From NCBI GenBank assembly GCA_947648905.1, contig CANSPP010000007.1, positions 11,158 through 75,157 of the forward strand: 64,000 nucleotides of DNA. The letters run 5' to 3'. The stretch is from an uncultured Clostridium sp. (GTDB lineage: Bacteria; Bacillota; Clostridia; TANB77; CAG-508). Each line of letters begins with the position of its first letter. Position 1 is the first letter of the stretch. The notes under the pieces are model-generated. The model was not told the origin of the DNA, did no database searches, and saw only the letters and a program-made list of their open reading frames with translations. The translations under genes and the position numbers were made by a program. Positions 50,781 through 60,914 of this stretch are shown here, piece after piece.

Positions 50781-52665
50781 TTCTTTCCATTTTATTGCTC
50801 TTAATCCATAAGTACATTTCCATGGTGCACCTGTTAAAGTTCCATCATTTTTCTTATCAATAATAATTTCTGCTAAATTATCCGCACCACCAAATGCACC
50901 ATCATTAATAAATTGTATAGTAGATGGTATTTCTATCTTTTTGGTTTTTGCAAAATATAATATTGCATCGTCTATTCTTTTCACTTTTCCTGGTAATTTT
51001 ACATTTTCTGCTACTATACACATTAATGAATTCATTTTTATTGTTTCTACTGTTTCTGGTATCTGAACATTTGCTAAAGATGGTTTTACCCAGTATAGTT
51101 CCTTTTCGTCTTTGCTTAATATATATTCATTATTAATAGATTTAAATGTCATATTTTCACTAGATACTTCGATGCTTTTCACTTTTATATATGACTGTTG
51201 AAAAAACCTATTAACATTCTTTGGTAGAAGCAAATAATCAATTTCGGGAAAAATTCCCCAACTATTTGTATCGTCTCCAGTATAGCTTTCTGGTAATGTA
51301 ATACTTTTATATACACTACCACAAAATGCTCCTCTTCGTATATTTTCGACACCCTCTTTTATTATCACATCTCCTTTGTCAAATATTCTATATAACACCT
51401 TTCCATCATAACTATATAAATTGTTTTTATCATCTGTTGTAAAATACATATTGTTTGGGTCTACTGTTATTTTTGATAATTTATTATTTTCAAAAGTCAA
51501 GTCTCCTATTTGTTGAACATTAGCTGGTATATTAATTTCTGTTAATAAACTACATGTTTTAAAAGCGCTTCCTTTTATAGCTGTAACAGTATTTTCAATA
51601 TTTACACTTGTGCAGCTAGCAATTGCCATTATTAGTATCTGCATATTTTTATTATATAAAATACCACCTTTGAAAGTATAATAATCATTTTCAGAAGTAT
51701 CAATTTCTTTTAGTGCATAAATATTTAGTGCTGCATCTTCTATATTTTCTAAATTTTTAGGAAGTTTGAGATTTACTATTGATGTGGCACTCAAAGAGCT
51801 ACTTTTTAAAGTTTTCAGCTCTTTTGATAATTCTATTTGTTTTAAGCTCGAACAACCTTCAAATGTAAGCATTTCGATTGTGGTTAAATTTTTTGGTAAT
51901 TTTACATTATCTAATTTATAGCAATATCTAAAACATTCGATTCCTATATCAATTATGCTATCTGGTAATGTTATTGCTTGTAAGTTTTCACAACTATAAA
52001 AAGCTCTATCCCCTATTCTTTCTACACCGTTATTTATTTCAACTTTTTCTATGTCTTTATTATTTGAAAATGCATTCCTTGCAATTTCTTTTACTGTTCC
52101 TGGTATTACTATTTTTTTAAGTCCTGATACATTGGCAAAAGCTCCTTCTCCAATTTTTGTTACATTCTCTGGAATTACTATTGTTCCTGTTTCTTCGTCC
52201 ATTAAGTATAAATTTGTATCTGCAGACATTAATTCTCCATCTATTATTAAGTATGGACTTACTTTTATTCCTATCTCTTGTGCCCACTTTAGCTCTTGTC
52301 TATTTTGGCTTGAATATATTAACTCTCCTTTTATTATCTCAAAGCTATCTACATATTTCTTATCCGAATTTTTTAATACTGTATATATGTTTCCTTCTTC
52401 TTGAACCGAGTCATATATTAGGGCATTTTTCCCTGCATATAGTGCTCCTTCTTCAAAGTTTCTATCTTTTGAAGTTCTTTCTATTACATATAAATCATAT
52501 TCTTCTGCTACTGCTGATAACTCTGTTTTAAATTTTGCTTCTCCTGCTTTTCCTATTATGCCATTGTCTCCTGTTAGTGTTGCTATTGTTACTCCGTGCC
52601 AAAATTAATAAAATTATTATTGTTATTACTAGCGCTATTAGTGTTATTCCATAATCTTTTCTCAT
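50778..52665 (-). CDS. prepilin-type N-terminal domain protein fused to BspA-like leucine-rich repeats, interrupted by a +1 frame break at CGG 52594..52596
   Basis: ATG 52665 gives MRKDYGITLIALVITIIILLILA, then CGG. Skipping the C gives GVTIATLTGDNGIIGKAGEAKF..., which is open and in frame with track ORF 50778..52229. The N-terminus parallels the intact paralog at 59767..60810 (LILAGVAIGSITGNKGII). Confidence 0.8.
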
Positions 52666-52769
52666 TTCTCATCGCCCCTTCTATCTTTTGTTTTATCATT
52701 ATTCTACTTTTCAAAAAGGTTTTATGTCAATAAGTAATACGCTAATATAAAAATATTTTAGTTGACAAA

Positions 52770-52805
52770 AGGTGGACAAAACCGTATTTTGGTATATGTC
52801 CACCT
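52770..52805 (-). terminator. hairpin after the GGGtGRT gene
   Basis: Stem AGGTGGACA ... TGTCCACCT. The T-tail on the minus strand is weak. Confidence 0.5.
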
Positions 52806-52850
52806 CTATTATTTTTATTATTATACTTTCTTAAAATCCAGTATTATCAA

Positions 52851-53852
52851 TTATTTCATAGCTTCTTCTACTGCAACTGCTACCGCAACTGATGCTCCAA
52901 CCATTGGGTTGTTACCCATACCGATTAATCCCATCATTTCAACGTGTGCTGGTACTGATGAAGAACCTGCAAATTGTGCATCTGAATGCATTCTTCCCAT
53001 TGTATCTGTCATACCATAAGAAGCTGGTCCAGCTGCCATATTGTCTGGGTGTAGTGTTCTACCTGTTCCACCACCTGATGCAACTGAGAAGTATTTTTTA
53101 TTTTCTGCTAATCTTTCTTTTTTATATGTTCCTGCTACTGGATGTTGGAATCTTGTTGGGTTTGTTGAGTTTCCTGTAATAGATACATCAACATCTTCCA
53201 TCCACATTATTGCAACACCTTCTCTTACGTCATTTGCTCCATAGCATCTAACTTTTGATCTTTCTCCATCTGAGTAAGCTATTTCTTCAACTACTTTTAC
53301 TTTTCCTGTAAAGAAATCAAAGTCTGTTTTTACATATGTAAATCCATTTATTCTTGATATAACTTGTGCTGCGTCTTTTCCAAGTCCATTTAAGATTACT
53401 CTTAATGGTTCTTTTCTTACTTTGTTAGCTGATTTTGCTATACCAATAGCTCCTTCAGCTGCTGCAAAGCTTTCGTGTCCTGCTAAGAATGCAAAACATT
53501 TTGTGTCTTCTGATAATAGCATAGATGCTAGGTTTCCATGTCCTAATCCTACTTTTCTATCATCTGCAACAGAACCTGGGATACAGAATGCTTGTAATCC
53601 TTCCCCTATTGCTTTTGCTGCATCTGCTGCTTTTACACAACCTTTTTTAACAGCGATTGCTGCTCCTAATGTATATGCCCAAGCTGCGTTTTCAAAACAA
53701 ATTGGTTGAACTCCTTTTACTATTTCGTATGGATTAAAACCTTTATCTGTACATATTTTTAATGCTTCTTCAAAATCTTTTATTCCGTATTTTTCCATTA
53801 CTGGTTTAATTTGGTCTATTCTTCTTTCATAACTTTCAAATGTTACTGCCAT
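52851..53852 (-). CDS. GGGtGRT family protein
   Basis: 333 aa. Contains the eponymous motif SGGGTGRTLHPDN. Confidence 0.85.
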   Translation of the reverse strand: MAVTFESYERRIDQIKPVMEKYGIKDFEEALKICTDKGFNPYEIVKGVQPICFENAAWAYTLGAAIAVKKGCVKAADAAKAIGEGLQAFCIPGSVADDRKVGLGHGNLASMLLSEDTKCFAFLAGHESFAAAEGAIGIAKSANKVRKEPLRVILNGLGKDAAQVISRINGFTYVKTDFDFFTGKVKVVEEIAYSDGERSKVRCYGANDVREGVAIMWMEDVDVSITGNSTNPTRFQHPVAGTYKKERLAENKKYFSVASGGGTGRTLHPDNMAAGPASYGMTDTMGRMHSDAQFAGSSSVPAHVEMMGLIGMGNNPMVGASVAVAVAVEEAMK

Positions 53853-53876
53853 TTTTTATTCCTCCTATTTTTAATT

Positions 53877-54569
53877 TTATTGTTTTCTTGGGTCTATTCT
53901 TTTCACGGATTCATCAAATCTTCCATATGTTCCAGAAGCCTTTTCAATTGCTTCTGTTGGTTCGATTCCTGCTTTAATGTTATCCATCATTTTTCCTAAA
54001 TGAACATATTTGTAACCAATAATTTGGTCATCTTTATCTAATCCTATTTCTACTATGTATCCTTCTGCTAGATTTAAGTATCTAGGTCCTTTTAAAGTGC
54101 TTGAGTATATTGTACCAACTTGGCTTGTATGTCCTTTTCCTAGGTCTTCAAGTCCTGCTCCTACTGGTAATCCACCTTCTGAGAAAGCTGTTTGTGTTCT
54201 TCCATATACTATTTGTAAGAATAATTCTCTCATAGCTGTGTTTATAGCATCACATACTAAGTCTGTGTTTAATGCTTCTAATATTGTTTTTCCTGTTAAT
54301 ATTTCTCCTGCCATTGCAGCTGAATGTGTCATTCCTGAACATCCTATTGTTTCTATTAATGCTTCTTGGATTATTCCGTCTTTTACGTTTAGTGTTAGTT
54401 TACATGCGCCTTGTTGTGGTGCACACCATCCTATACCATGTGTTAATCCTGATATGTCTTTTACATCTTTTGCTTTTACCCATTTTCCTTCTTCTGGAAT
54501 TGGTGCTGGTCCGTGGTCTACTCCTTTACGAACTGTGCACATTTCTTCTAATTCTTTTGAATAAATCAT
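53877..54569 (-). CDS. NifU-N/IscU-like Fe-S scaffold-like protein, partner of the GGGtGRT protein
   Basis: Start at MIYSKELEEM (54569) after an AAAGGAG RBS. Conserved Cys residues (GWCAPQQGAC, GCSGMTH). Adjacent to the GGGtGRT gene. Confidence 0.65.
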   Translation of the reverse strand: MIYSKELEEMCTVRKGVDHGPAPIPEEGKWVKAKDVKDISGLTHGIGWCAPQQGACKLTLNVKDGIIQEALIETIGCSGMTHSAAMAGEILTGKTILEALNTDLVCDAINTAMRELFLQIVYGRTQTAFSEGGLPVGAGLEDLGKGHTSQVGTIYSSTLKGPRYLNLAEGYIVEIGLDKDDQIIGYKYVHLGKMMDNIKAGIEPTEAIEKASGTYGRFDESVKRIDPRKQ

Positions 54570-54691
54570 TTTTCTTGCTCCTTTCAATTTCTTAGTTTTT
54601 AGTTCTTTTATTTTTCTTTTAGGTTAATTCTAGGTTGACCTAAATCTAATAACATAATTGTTGGGTGGATGTTTTATTTTCCACCTGATTT

Positions 54692-55420
54692 TTATTGTTC
54701 TTTCATTTTTTTAAGTTCATCTTCTGATAGTAATATTTGATTTTTCTTTTTCTTTTTTGGTTTGATTTCTTCTTTAATTTCTACTACTTCCTGTTTTTCT
54801 ACATTTTTCATTGCTTCATTTTCTTCTGTTGTATTATATGCTACCATATTTCCAACATCTCTTATGTAAATTTTATCTTCATATATATCTGTTTTTGATG
54901 TGGTCTTATTGGCCTGAACTTGGGCTATATATCTATTTATTATTTGTCTATCTTTATTGTTTACTTGTTCTGGTCCTATATTTAAATATTGATATCTCCA
55001 TATTATGTGTCTTTCATAACTATCAAATGGGCTACTTAATAAATCATTATAATTGTATTCTACTTTGAAATTTAAATCTTCTATTGACATAGTCAGGTTA
55101 GACCACAATGGGTCTAAGCCTGTTTCTTTAAATTCATTTCTTAAGTTTTTTATTTGCTCATATATGATTTTTACAAATTGCATATATTCATTTTCATCAA
55201 GATTAAATTTATTAGGTATTTCATATACGTTTACTGGTTTCTTTTTTAGTATTCCTTTTGGTATATAATAAAAGTATAGTTCTCCAGATTGTTCTCCATT
55301 TTCTTTGTCTATGACTGAAGCATATAGGTACAGTTGGTTCCATTTTTCTGGAATCATATAATAGATTTTCGTTTGTATATTTTCATATATTTTTCTTATT
55401 TTTTTTGTATGATGTAACAT
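54692..55420 (-). CDS. possible YezG/DUF600-like immunity protein with a Lys/Glu-rich C-terminal extension
   Basis: 242 aa. The pattern WNQLYLYASV...SGELYFYYIP...LRNEFKETGLDPWSNLTMSI...FKVEYNYND resembles DUF600 immunity proteins. Assignment is from memory only. Confidence 0.35.
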   Translation of the reverse strand: MLHHTKKIRKIYENIQTKIYYMIPEKWNQLYLYASVIDKENGEQSGELYFYYIPKGILKKKPVNVYEIPNKFNLDENEYMQFVKIIYEQIKNLRNEFKETGLDPLWSNLTMSIEDLNFKVEYNYNDLLSSPFDSYERHIIWRYQYLNIGPEQVNNKDRQIINRYIAQVQANKTTSKTDIYEDKIYIRDVGNMVAYNTTEENEAMKNVEKQEVVEIKEEIKPKKKKKNQILLSEDELKKMKEQ

Positions 55421-55425
55421 ATTTT

Positions 55426-56976
55426 TTATTCCTTATCTAATAAGCTTGTTCCTGTCATTTCTTCTGGCTGTTCTAAATTCATTAAATCAAGCATTGTTGG
55501 TGCTAAGTCTGCTAACTTTCCACCATCTTTTAGTTTTAGTTTTGTGTTAGCTGTTACTAGCATTAATGGTACTGGGTTTGTTGTGTGTGCTGTGTGTGGC
55601 TCTCCTGTTTTGTAGTCTATCATTTGCTCAGCATTTCCGTGGTCAGCTGTAATTAGCATATTTCCTTGTTTTTCTTCTACTAATGCTACTACTTTTCCTA
55701 CACATTCGTCTACTGCTTCTACTGCTTTTATTGCTGCTGTTAGACTTCCTGTGTGCCCTACCATATCTGTATTTGCATAATTTAAAATTATTGCATCATA
55801 TTTATCAGATTTTATTGCTTCTAATACTTTTTCTGTTACTTCATATGCACTCATTTCTGGTTTTTGGTCATATGTTTCTACTTTTGGTGATGGTACTAAT
55901 ATTCTGTCTTCTCCTTCATATTGTTTTTCTTCTCCACCATTAAAGAAGAATGTAACGTGTGCATATTTTTCTGTTTCAGCTATTCTTAGTTGTGTATATC
56001 CTTTTCCACTTATATATTCTCCAAATGTATTTGCTAATGGTTCTTTTTTGAATGCAATATGAACATTTGGCATTGTTTCATCATAATTTGTAAAGCATAC
56101 AAAATATAGATTTAAATCTTTCTTAGTTTCAAATCCATCAAAGTTTGGATCAACTAATGCTCTTGTTATTTCTCTTGCTCTATCTGGTCTAAAGTTGAAG
56201 AATATTACAGAGTCATTTTCTTCTATTTTTGCTATTGGCTCTTTTCCATTGCAAATTATTGTTGGTTCTATAAATTCATCAAATACTTCTTTTTGGTATG
56301 AGTCTTCTATTGCTTTTACACTACTTCCTGCTTTATTTCCTTCTCCTTTTACTAAAGCATCATAGCATTTCTTTACTCTTTCCCATCTTTTATCTCTATC
56401 CATTGCATAAAATCTTCCTGAAATTGATGCTATTTTTCCAACTTTTTTCTCTGCCATCTTTTCTTCTAGTTTCATTACATAGTTTTCAGCTGATGCTGGT
56501 GGTGTATCTCTTCCGTCTAAGAAGCAGTGTACATATACATCTTCAAAATCTCTTCTTTTTGCCATTTCTAACAATCCATATAGATGTCTGTTATGGCTGT
56601 GTACTCCACCATCTGATACTAATCCTAGTATGTGTAATTTTGAATTGTTCTTTTTGCAGTTTTCAATTGCTGATATAAATTCTGGATTTGTAAAAAAGTC
56701 TCCATCTTCTATTGATTTTGTTATTCTTGTTAACTCTTGGTATACTATTCTTCCTGCTCCTATATTTGTGTGTCCTACTTCTGAATTACCCATTTGTCCT
56801 TCTGGTAGTCCTACTGCTAATCCACTTGTGTTTATATCTACTGTACTGTATTTTTTCATTAGTTTATCTATATTAGGTGTTTTGGCTAATTTAATAGCAT
56901 TTCCATCTGTATTTTTATTGTCTCCAAATCCATCTAATATCATTAGCATTGTTAGTTTATCTTTCATTTCTACCAT
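55426..56976 (-). CDS. gpmI: 2,3-bisphosphoglycerate-independent phosphoglycerate mutase
   Basis: 516 aa (start may be ATG 56967). Typical iPGM, with LMILDGFG and GNSEVGHTNIGAGR. Confidence 0.96.
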   Translation of the reverse strand: MVEMKDKLTMLMILDGFGDNKNTDGNAIKLAKTPNIDKLMKKYSTVDINTSGLAVGLPEGQMGNSEVGHTNIGAGRIVYQELTRITKSIEDGDFFTNPEFISAIENCKKNNSKLHILGLVSDGGVHSHNRHLYGLLEMAKRRDFEDVYVHCFLDGRDTPPASAENYVMKLEEKMAEKKVGKIASISGRFYAMDRDKRWERVKKCYDALVKGEGNKAGSSVKAIEDSYQKEVFDEFIEPTIICNGKEPIAKIEENDSVIFFNFRPDRAREITRALVDPNFDGFETKKDLNLYFVCFTNYDETMPNVHIAFKKEPLANTFGEYISGKGYTQLRIAETEKYAHVTFFFNGGEEKQYEGEDRILVPSPKVETYDQKPEMSAYEVTEKVLEAIKSDKYDAIILNYANTDMVGHTGSLTAAIKAVEAVDECVGKVVALVEEKQGNMLITADHGNAEQMIDYKTGEPHTAHTTNPVPLMLVTANTKLKLKDGGKLADLAPTMLDLMNLEQPEEMTGTSLLDKE

Positions 56977-56987
56977 CCTTTTCCCTT

Positions 56988-57097
56988 GAAGGTATTTTTT
57001 GGGACAGTGCTAAAAAACACCTTCTTCGTCATTTATATATTTATTTATTTTTTCTTAAATTCCTAGATGTTTTTTTGCACTGTCCCAAAAAACACCT
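56988..57097. repeat. related palindromic repeat, subfamily C, inverted pair
   Basis: GAAGGTATTTTTTGGGACAGTGCTAAAAAACACCTTC (56988..57024) and AGATGTTTTTTTGCACTGTCCCAAAAAACACCT (57065..57097) are inverted copies. They lie between the tpiA stop and the gpmI start. Confidence 0.75.
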
Positions 57098-57842
57098 AAA
57101 AATTAACTATCTTGCTAAATTCTTCTGCCTTAAGACTAGCTCCACCAACTAGGCCACCGTCTATGTCAGACATTTCAAATAGTTCTTTAGCGTTGCTTGA
57201 TTTTACGCTTCCGCCATATTGTATTATAACTCTTGAAGCTGTCTCTTGTCCATAGATTTCTTCTATTTTCTTTCTAATTTCTTTTACACTATTGTTAGCG
57301 TCTTCACTTGTTGCTGTTTTTCCTGTCCCAATTGCCCATATTGGTTCATAAGCAATTATTGTACTCTCTACTTGTTCATTTGTCAAGCCTTCTAATGCTA
57401 ATTCTGTTTGTTTTGTTATAATTTCAGCTGTTTTTCCAGCTTCTCTTTCTTCTAATGTTTCTCCAACACATACTATTGGTTTTAGCTCATTTGCAAATGC
57501 TGCTTTTATTTTCTTGTTTACTGTTTCGTCTGTTTCGTTAAAATATTGTCTTCTTTCTGAATGTCCTATTATTACATATTCTACGTTTATTGATTTTAGC
57601 ATTTTTGCTGATACTTCTCCTGTGTATGCTCCATTTTCTTCAAAGTGCATATTTTGCGCTCCTATTTTGATGTTTGTTCCTTGTGCTGTAAGTAGCGCAT
57701 AAAATAGGTCTGTGTATGGTACACATAGTATTACTTCGTTTTCTGTGTCTTTAACTAATGGTGTTAAGTCTTCTATAAATTTTATTGCTTCATTTGGAAG
57801 CATATTCATTTTCCAGTTTCCTGCAATTACTTTTCTTCTCAT
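57096..57842 (-). CDS. tpiA: triosephosphate isomerase
   Basis: 248 aa. Contains the AGNWKMN, IIGHSERR and AYEPIWAIGTG motifs. Confidence 0.97.
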   Translation of the reverse strand: MRRKVIAGNWKMNMLPNEAIKFIEDLTPLVKDTENEVILCVPYTDLFYALLTAQGTNIKIGAQNMHFEENGAYTGEVSAKMLKSINVEYVIIGHSERRQYFNETDETVNKKIKAAFANELKPIVCVGETLEEREAGKTAEIITKQTELALEGLTNEQVESTIIAYEPIWAIGTGKTATSEDANNSVKEIRKKIEEIYGQETASRVIIQYGGSVKSSNAKELFEMSDIDGGLVGGASLKAEEFSKIVNF

Positions 57843-57877
57843 ATTAATCTTTCTCCTTTTTATCTTTTAAACCTTCA

Positions 57878-58444
57878 CTATACATTTATACATTCTCTTA
57901 GTCGTTCTTTTACTACTTTTATTAATTGTTTTTGAGATGCTTCTGTATAATCGTTTACAAATATATAATCAAATTGATTTTGTAAATCTTTATCTTTTGA
58001 AAATCTCTCTATATGCTCTTTCATTTCTTGTATTCTTTTTTTCTCTACATCTTTTGGTAATCCTCTCTTTTTTAATTCTGATTTTGCTCTTTTAAAATCA
58101 GATGGAAGCATATATATTGAAAATACATCTTTTGCATTTTCTTTGAATTGATAAATTGTACTGTAATGTACTTCTGTTACTTGATTTTCTTCAGAATTTA
58201 AATCTTTCTTTTTGTATGCATATTTTGAACCTAAAAATTCAAAATCCACTAATATTTCATTCTTTATTTTTAGTTCTTCAAATTGCTCATCTGTTACAAA
58301 TTCCTTGTCAATTCCTTTTATTTCATTTTTTCTTTTTGCTCTTGTTGTTACAATTATTAAATTTTTAACTCCTAATTCTTTAACAATTACATTTTTAAAA
58401 AATGATTTTCCTGTTCCTGTTATTCCTGATAGTGTTATAATCAT
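57878..58444 (-). CDS. guanylate-kinase-like P-loop kinase
   Basis: 188 aa. P-loop LSGITGTGKS followed by TTRAKRKNE, which is similar to the guanylate kinase TTR motif. Confidence 0.55.
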   Translation of the reverse strand: MIITLSGITGTGKSFFKNVIVKELGVKNLIIVTTRAKRKNEIKGIDKEFVTDEQFEELKIKNEILVDFEFLGSKYAYKKKDLNSEENQVTEVHYSTIYQFKENAKDVFSIYMLPSDFKRAKSELKKRGLPKDVEKKRIQEMKEHIERFSKDKDLQNQFDYIFVNDYTEASQKQLIKVVKERLRECINV

Positions 58445-58463
58445 ATCTTCATATTAACCTTTT

Positions 58464-59648
58464 TTATTTATCTTGTAAACATTCAATACCTGGTAGTTTT
58501 TTACCTTCTAAAAATTCTAGTGATGCTCCACCACCTGTTGATATGTGTGTCATTTTATCAGCTAACCCTGCTTTTTTTACTGCAGCTGCTGAGTCTCCAC
58601 CACCAATTATTGTTGTTGCATCCATTTCAGATAATACTTTTGCAATTGTATTTGTTCCAATAGCAAATTGTTCAAACTCTGATAATCCTAGTGGTCCGTT
58701 CCATACTACTGTTTTTGCTTTTTTAATTTCTTCTGAAAACATTTCTATTGATTTTTCTCCAATGTCAAATCCCTCCCAGTCTGATGGTATTTCTGTCCAA
58801 GGAACTGTTTTGCTTTCTGTGTCTGGTTTAAATTCTTTTCCAACTTTTGTATCTACTGGAAGAATTAATTTTACACCTTTTGCTTTTGCTTTTTCCATTA
58901 GTTCTTTTGCTAAATCTAATTTGTCTAGTTCACAAAGTGAATTTCCAACTTCATATCCTTGTGCCTTAAAGAATGTATATGCCATTCCTCCACCTATTAT
59001 TAATGTATCTACTTTTTCTAATAGGCTGTCTATTACTCCTATTTTATCTGATACTTTCGCTCCACCTAGTATTGCTACAAATGGTCTTTCTGGGTTTGTT
59101 ACAGCATTTCCTAAGAATTTTAATTCTTTTTCTATTAATAGCCCTGATACTGCTGGTAAGTATTGTGCTACTCCTGCTGTTGATGCATGTGCTCTGTGTA
59201 CTGCTCCAAATGCATCGCTTACATATATTTCTGCCATATTTGCTAATTTTTTTGCAAATTCTGGGTCATTGTCTGTTTCTTCTCTATGAAATCTTACGTT
59301 TTCTAGTAGCATTATTTGTCCTGGTTGTAGGCTTTCAGCTTTTGCATTAGCATCTTCTCCTACTACGTCTTTTGCCATTATTACTTCTACCCCTAATAGT
59401 CTTGATAGTTCTTTTGCTACTGGTGCTAGTGAAAATTCTGATTTGAATTCTCCTTTTGGTCTTCCTAAGTGTGAACATAGTATTATTGCACAGTTTTTCT
59501 CCATTAGGTATCTTATTGTTGGCATTGCTGCTACTATTCTTGTGTTGTCTGTTATATTTTTTTCTTCGTCCATTGGTACGTTAAAGTCACATCTTACTAA
59601 TACTTTTTTCCCTTCTAACTCAATGTCTTTTATTGTTTTCTTATTCAT
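58464..59648 (-). CDS. pgk: phosphoglycerate kinase
   Basis: 394 aa, typical Pgk. Confidence 0.97.
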   Translation of the reverse strand: MNKKTIKDIELEGKKVLVRCDFNVPMDEEKNITDNTRIVAAMPTIRYLMEKNCAIILCSHLGRPKGEFKSEFSLAPVAKELSRLLGVEVIMAKDVVGEDANAKAESLQPGQIMLLENVRFHREETDNDPEFAKKLANMAEIYVSDAFGAVHRAHASTAGVAQYLPAVSGLLIEKELKFLGNAVTNPERPFVAILGGAKVSDKIGVIDSLLEKVDTLIIGGGMAYTFFKAQGYEVGNSLCELDKLDLAKELMEKAKAKGVKLILPVDTKVGKEFKPDTESKTVPWTEIPSDWEGFDIGEKSIEMFSEEIKKAKTVVWNGPLGLSEFEQFAIGTNTIAKVLSEMDATTIIGGGDSAAAVKKAGLADKMTHISTGGGASLEFLEGKKLPGIECLQDK

Positions 59649-59726
59649 TTTTGTTTCCTCCTTGTTCTTTATTGTCTTAGTATTTACACATTTTTTCCAT
59701 TTTATTAAGACATTCCTATTTTATCT

Positions 59727-59758
59727 CAAAAAAGAACACTTTTCAAGTGTTCTTTTTA
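59727..59758 (-). terminator. terminator after the LamG pseudopilin gene (member of a similar-sequence terminator set)
   Basis: AAAAAAGAACACTTTTCAAGTGTTCTTTTT. Confidence 0.75.
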
Positions 59759-59766
59759 TATTTGTT

Positions 59767-60810
59767 TTAGAATTTAAAACGATGTTTGTCTATTTCATAA
59801 TTATGGTTTATTTCTTCTTGTGTTAATGCTCTATTGTACATTCTTATTGAATATATATTTCCTTTTGTATATGTGTCATTATATCTTCCTATATTTGTTT
59901 CATTCATTTGGTTATATGTATCTATTATTTGTTCCTTTTCATTGTCATATATACTATTGATGTAAATTTTAGTTAGATTATTTTCAGTACTTGCTCCTAC
60001 ATGATATATGTGATTTAGCATTAGGCTTTTATTGGAATGTAGATATTTATTTGCACCCAGAGTACGAGTTCTTCCATATGATACATCGAATTGATTATTA
60101 TTGCTAATACCATTTAACTCTACTGTATAACCATACCATCTTACAAATATAATCCCTCTTCCCATTACATAATTCTTGTCTTCGTTAACCGCTCTACCTG
60201 TTCTATTAAACACAATCTCAATTGTTTGGTCATTTGGCTTCATAGTTGCACTATCCTTAATAACTGCATAATCGTCTATTCCGTCTAGTTTTAAACAATT
60301 ATCGTCCCAACCACTTTCAGCATCACTTTGATTAATATTAGTTAATGTTGCATCATTTCCATTTCCGCTTAAGTCTTTCCATATGTTACTAGTATCACTG
60401 TGCTTGCTATCTCCTTCTCCAATATTATCTATTGCGTCTAAGTGTAGCACTAGCCCATCTTCAATATAACCTTCCCAGCCCAAAATTTCATCATAATTAA
60501 TTGTATATTTACCGTCTTTTGAGGTAAAGTTATCTTCTGACAAAGTCTCGCTATATCCATTTGTTTCAATAATTTTCTTTAGCTCTGACTTTGTTGGTCT
60601 CTTTCCTGTTTTTATTTTTTCATTATACAAATCCGCTTCTATTTTTTCTATTATGCTTTCTCTTTCAGCCTCTGCCGAACTATTCTCTGCTTCTTTTATT
60701 ATTCCTTTATTGCCTGTAATAGAACCTATTGCTACTCCTGCTAATATTAGTAATATTATAATTGTTATTGCTAATGCTATTAAAGTTATACCATTTTCTT
60801 TTTTTATCAT
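59767..60810 (-). CDS. prepilin-type N-terminal domain protein with a LamG/concanavalin-like domain
   Basis: 347 aa. MIKKENGITLIALAITIIILLILAGVAIGSITG N-terminus. LamG-like segment (WKDLSGNGNDATL...LKLDGIDDYAVI). Confidence 0.7.
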   Translation of the reverse strand: MIKKENGITLIALAITIIILLILAGVAIGSITGNKGIIKEAENSSAEAERESIIEKIEADLYNEKIKTGKRPTKSELKKIIETNGYSETLSEDNFTSKDGKYTINYDEILGWEGYIEDGLVLHLDAIDNIGEGDSKHSDTSNIWKDLSGNGNDATLTNINQSDAESGWDDNCLKLDGIDDYAVIKDSATMKPNDQTIEIVFNRTGRAVNEDKNYVMGRGIIFVRWYGYTVELNGISNNNQFDVSYGRTRTLGANKYLHSNKSLMLNHIYHVGASTENNLTKIYINSIYDNEKEQIIDTYNQMNETNIGRYNDTYTKGNIYSIRMYNRALTQEEINHNYEIDKHRFKF

Positions 60811-60851
60811 TTGCGTGCCTCCTATTTCTCTTTTGATATATTTATTGTATA

Positions 60852-60881
60852 CAAAAAAAGAATACTTTGCAAGTATTCTTT
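60852..60881 (-). terminator. terminator after the pseudopilin remnant (same set)
   Basis: AAAAAAAGAATACTTTGCAAGTATTCTTT. Confidence 0.7.
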
Positions 60882-60914
60882 AATATTTTTTATTCTTCCC
60901 ATTTTATTTCTAGT

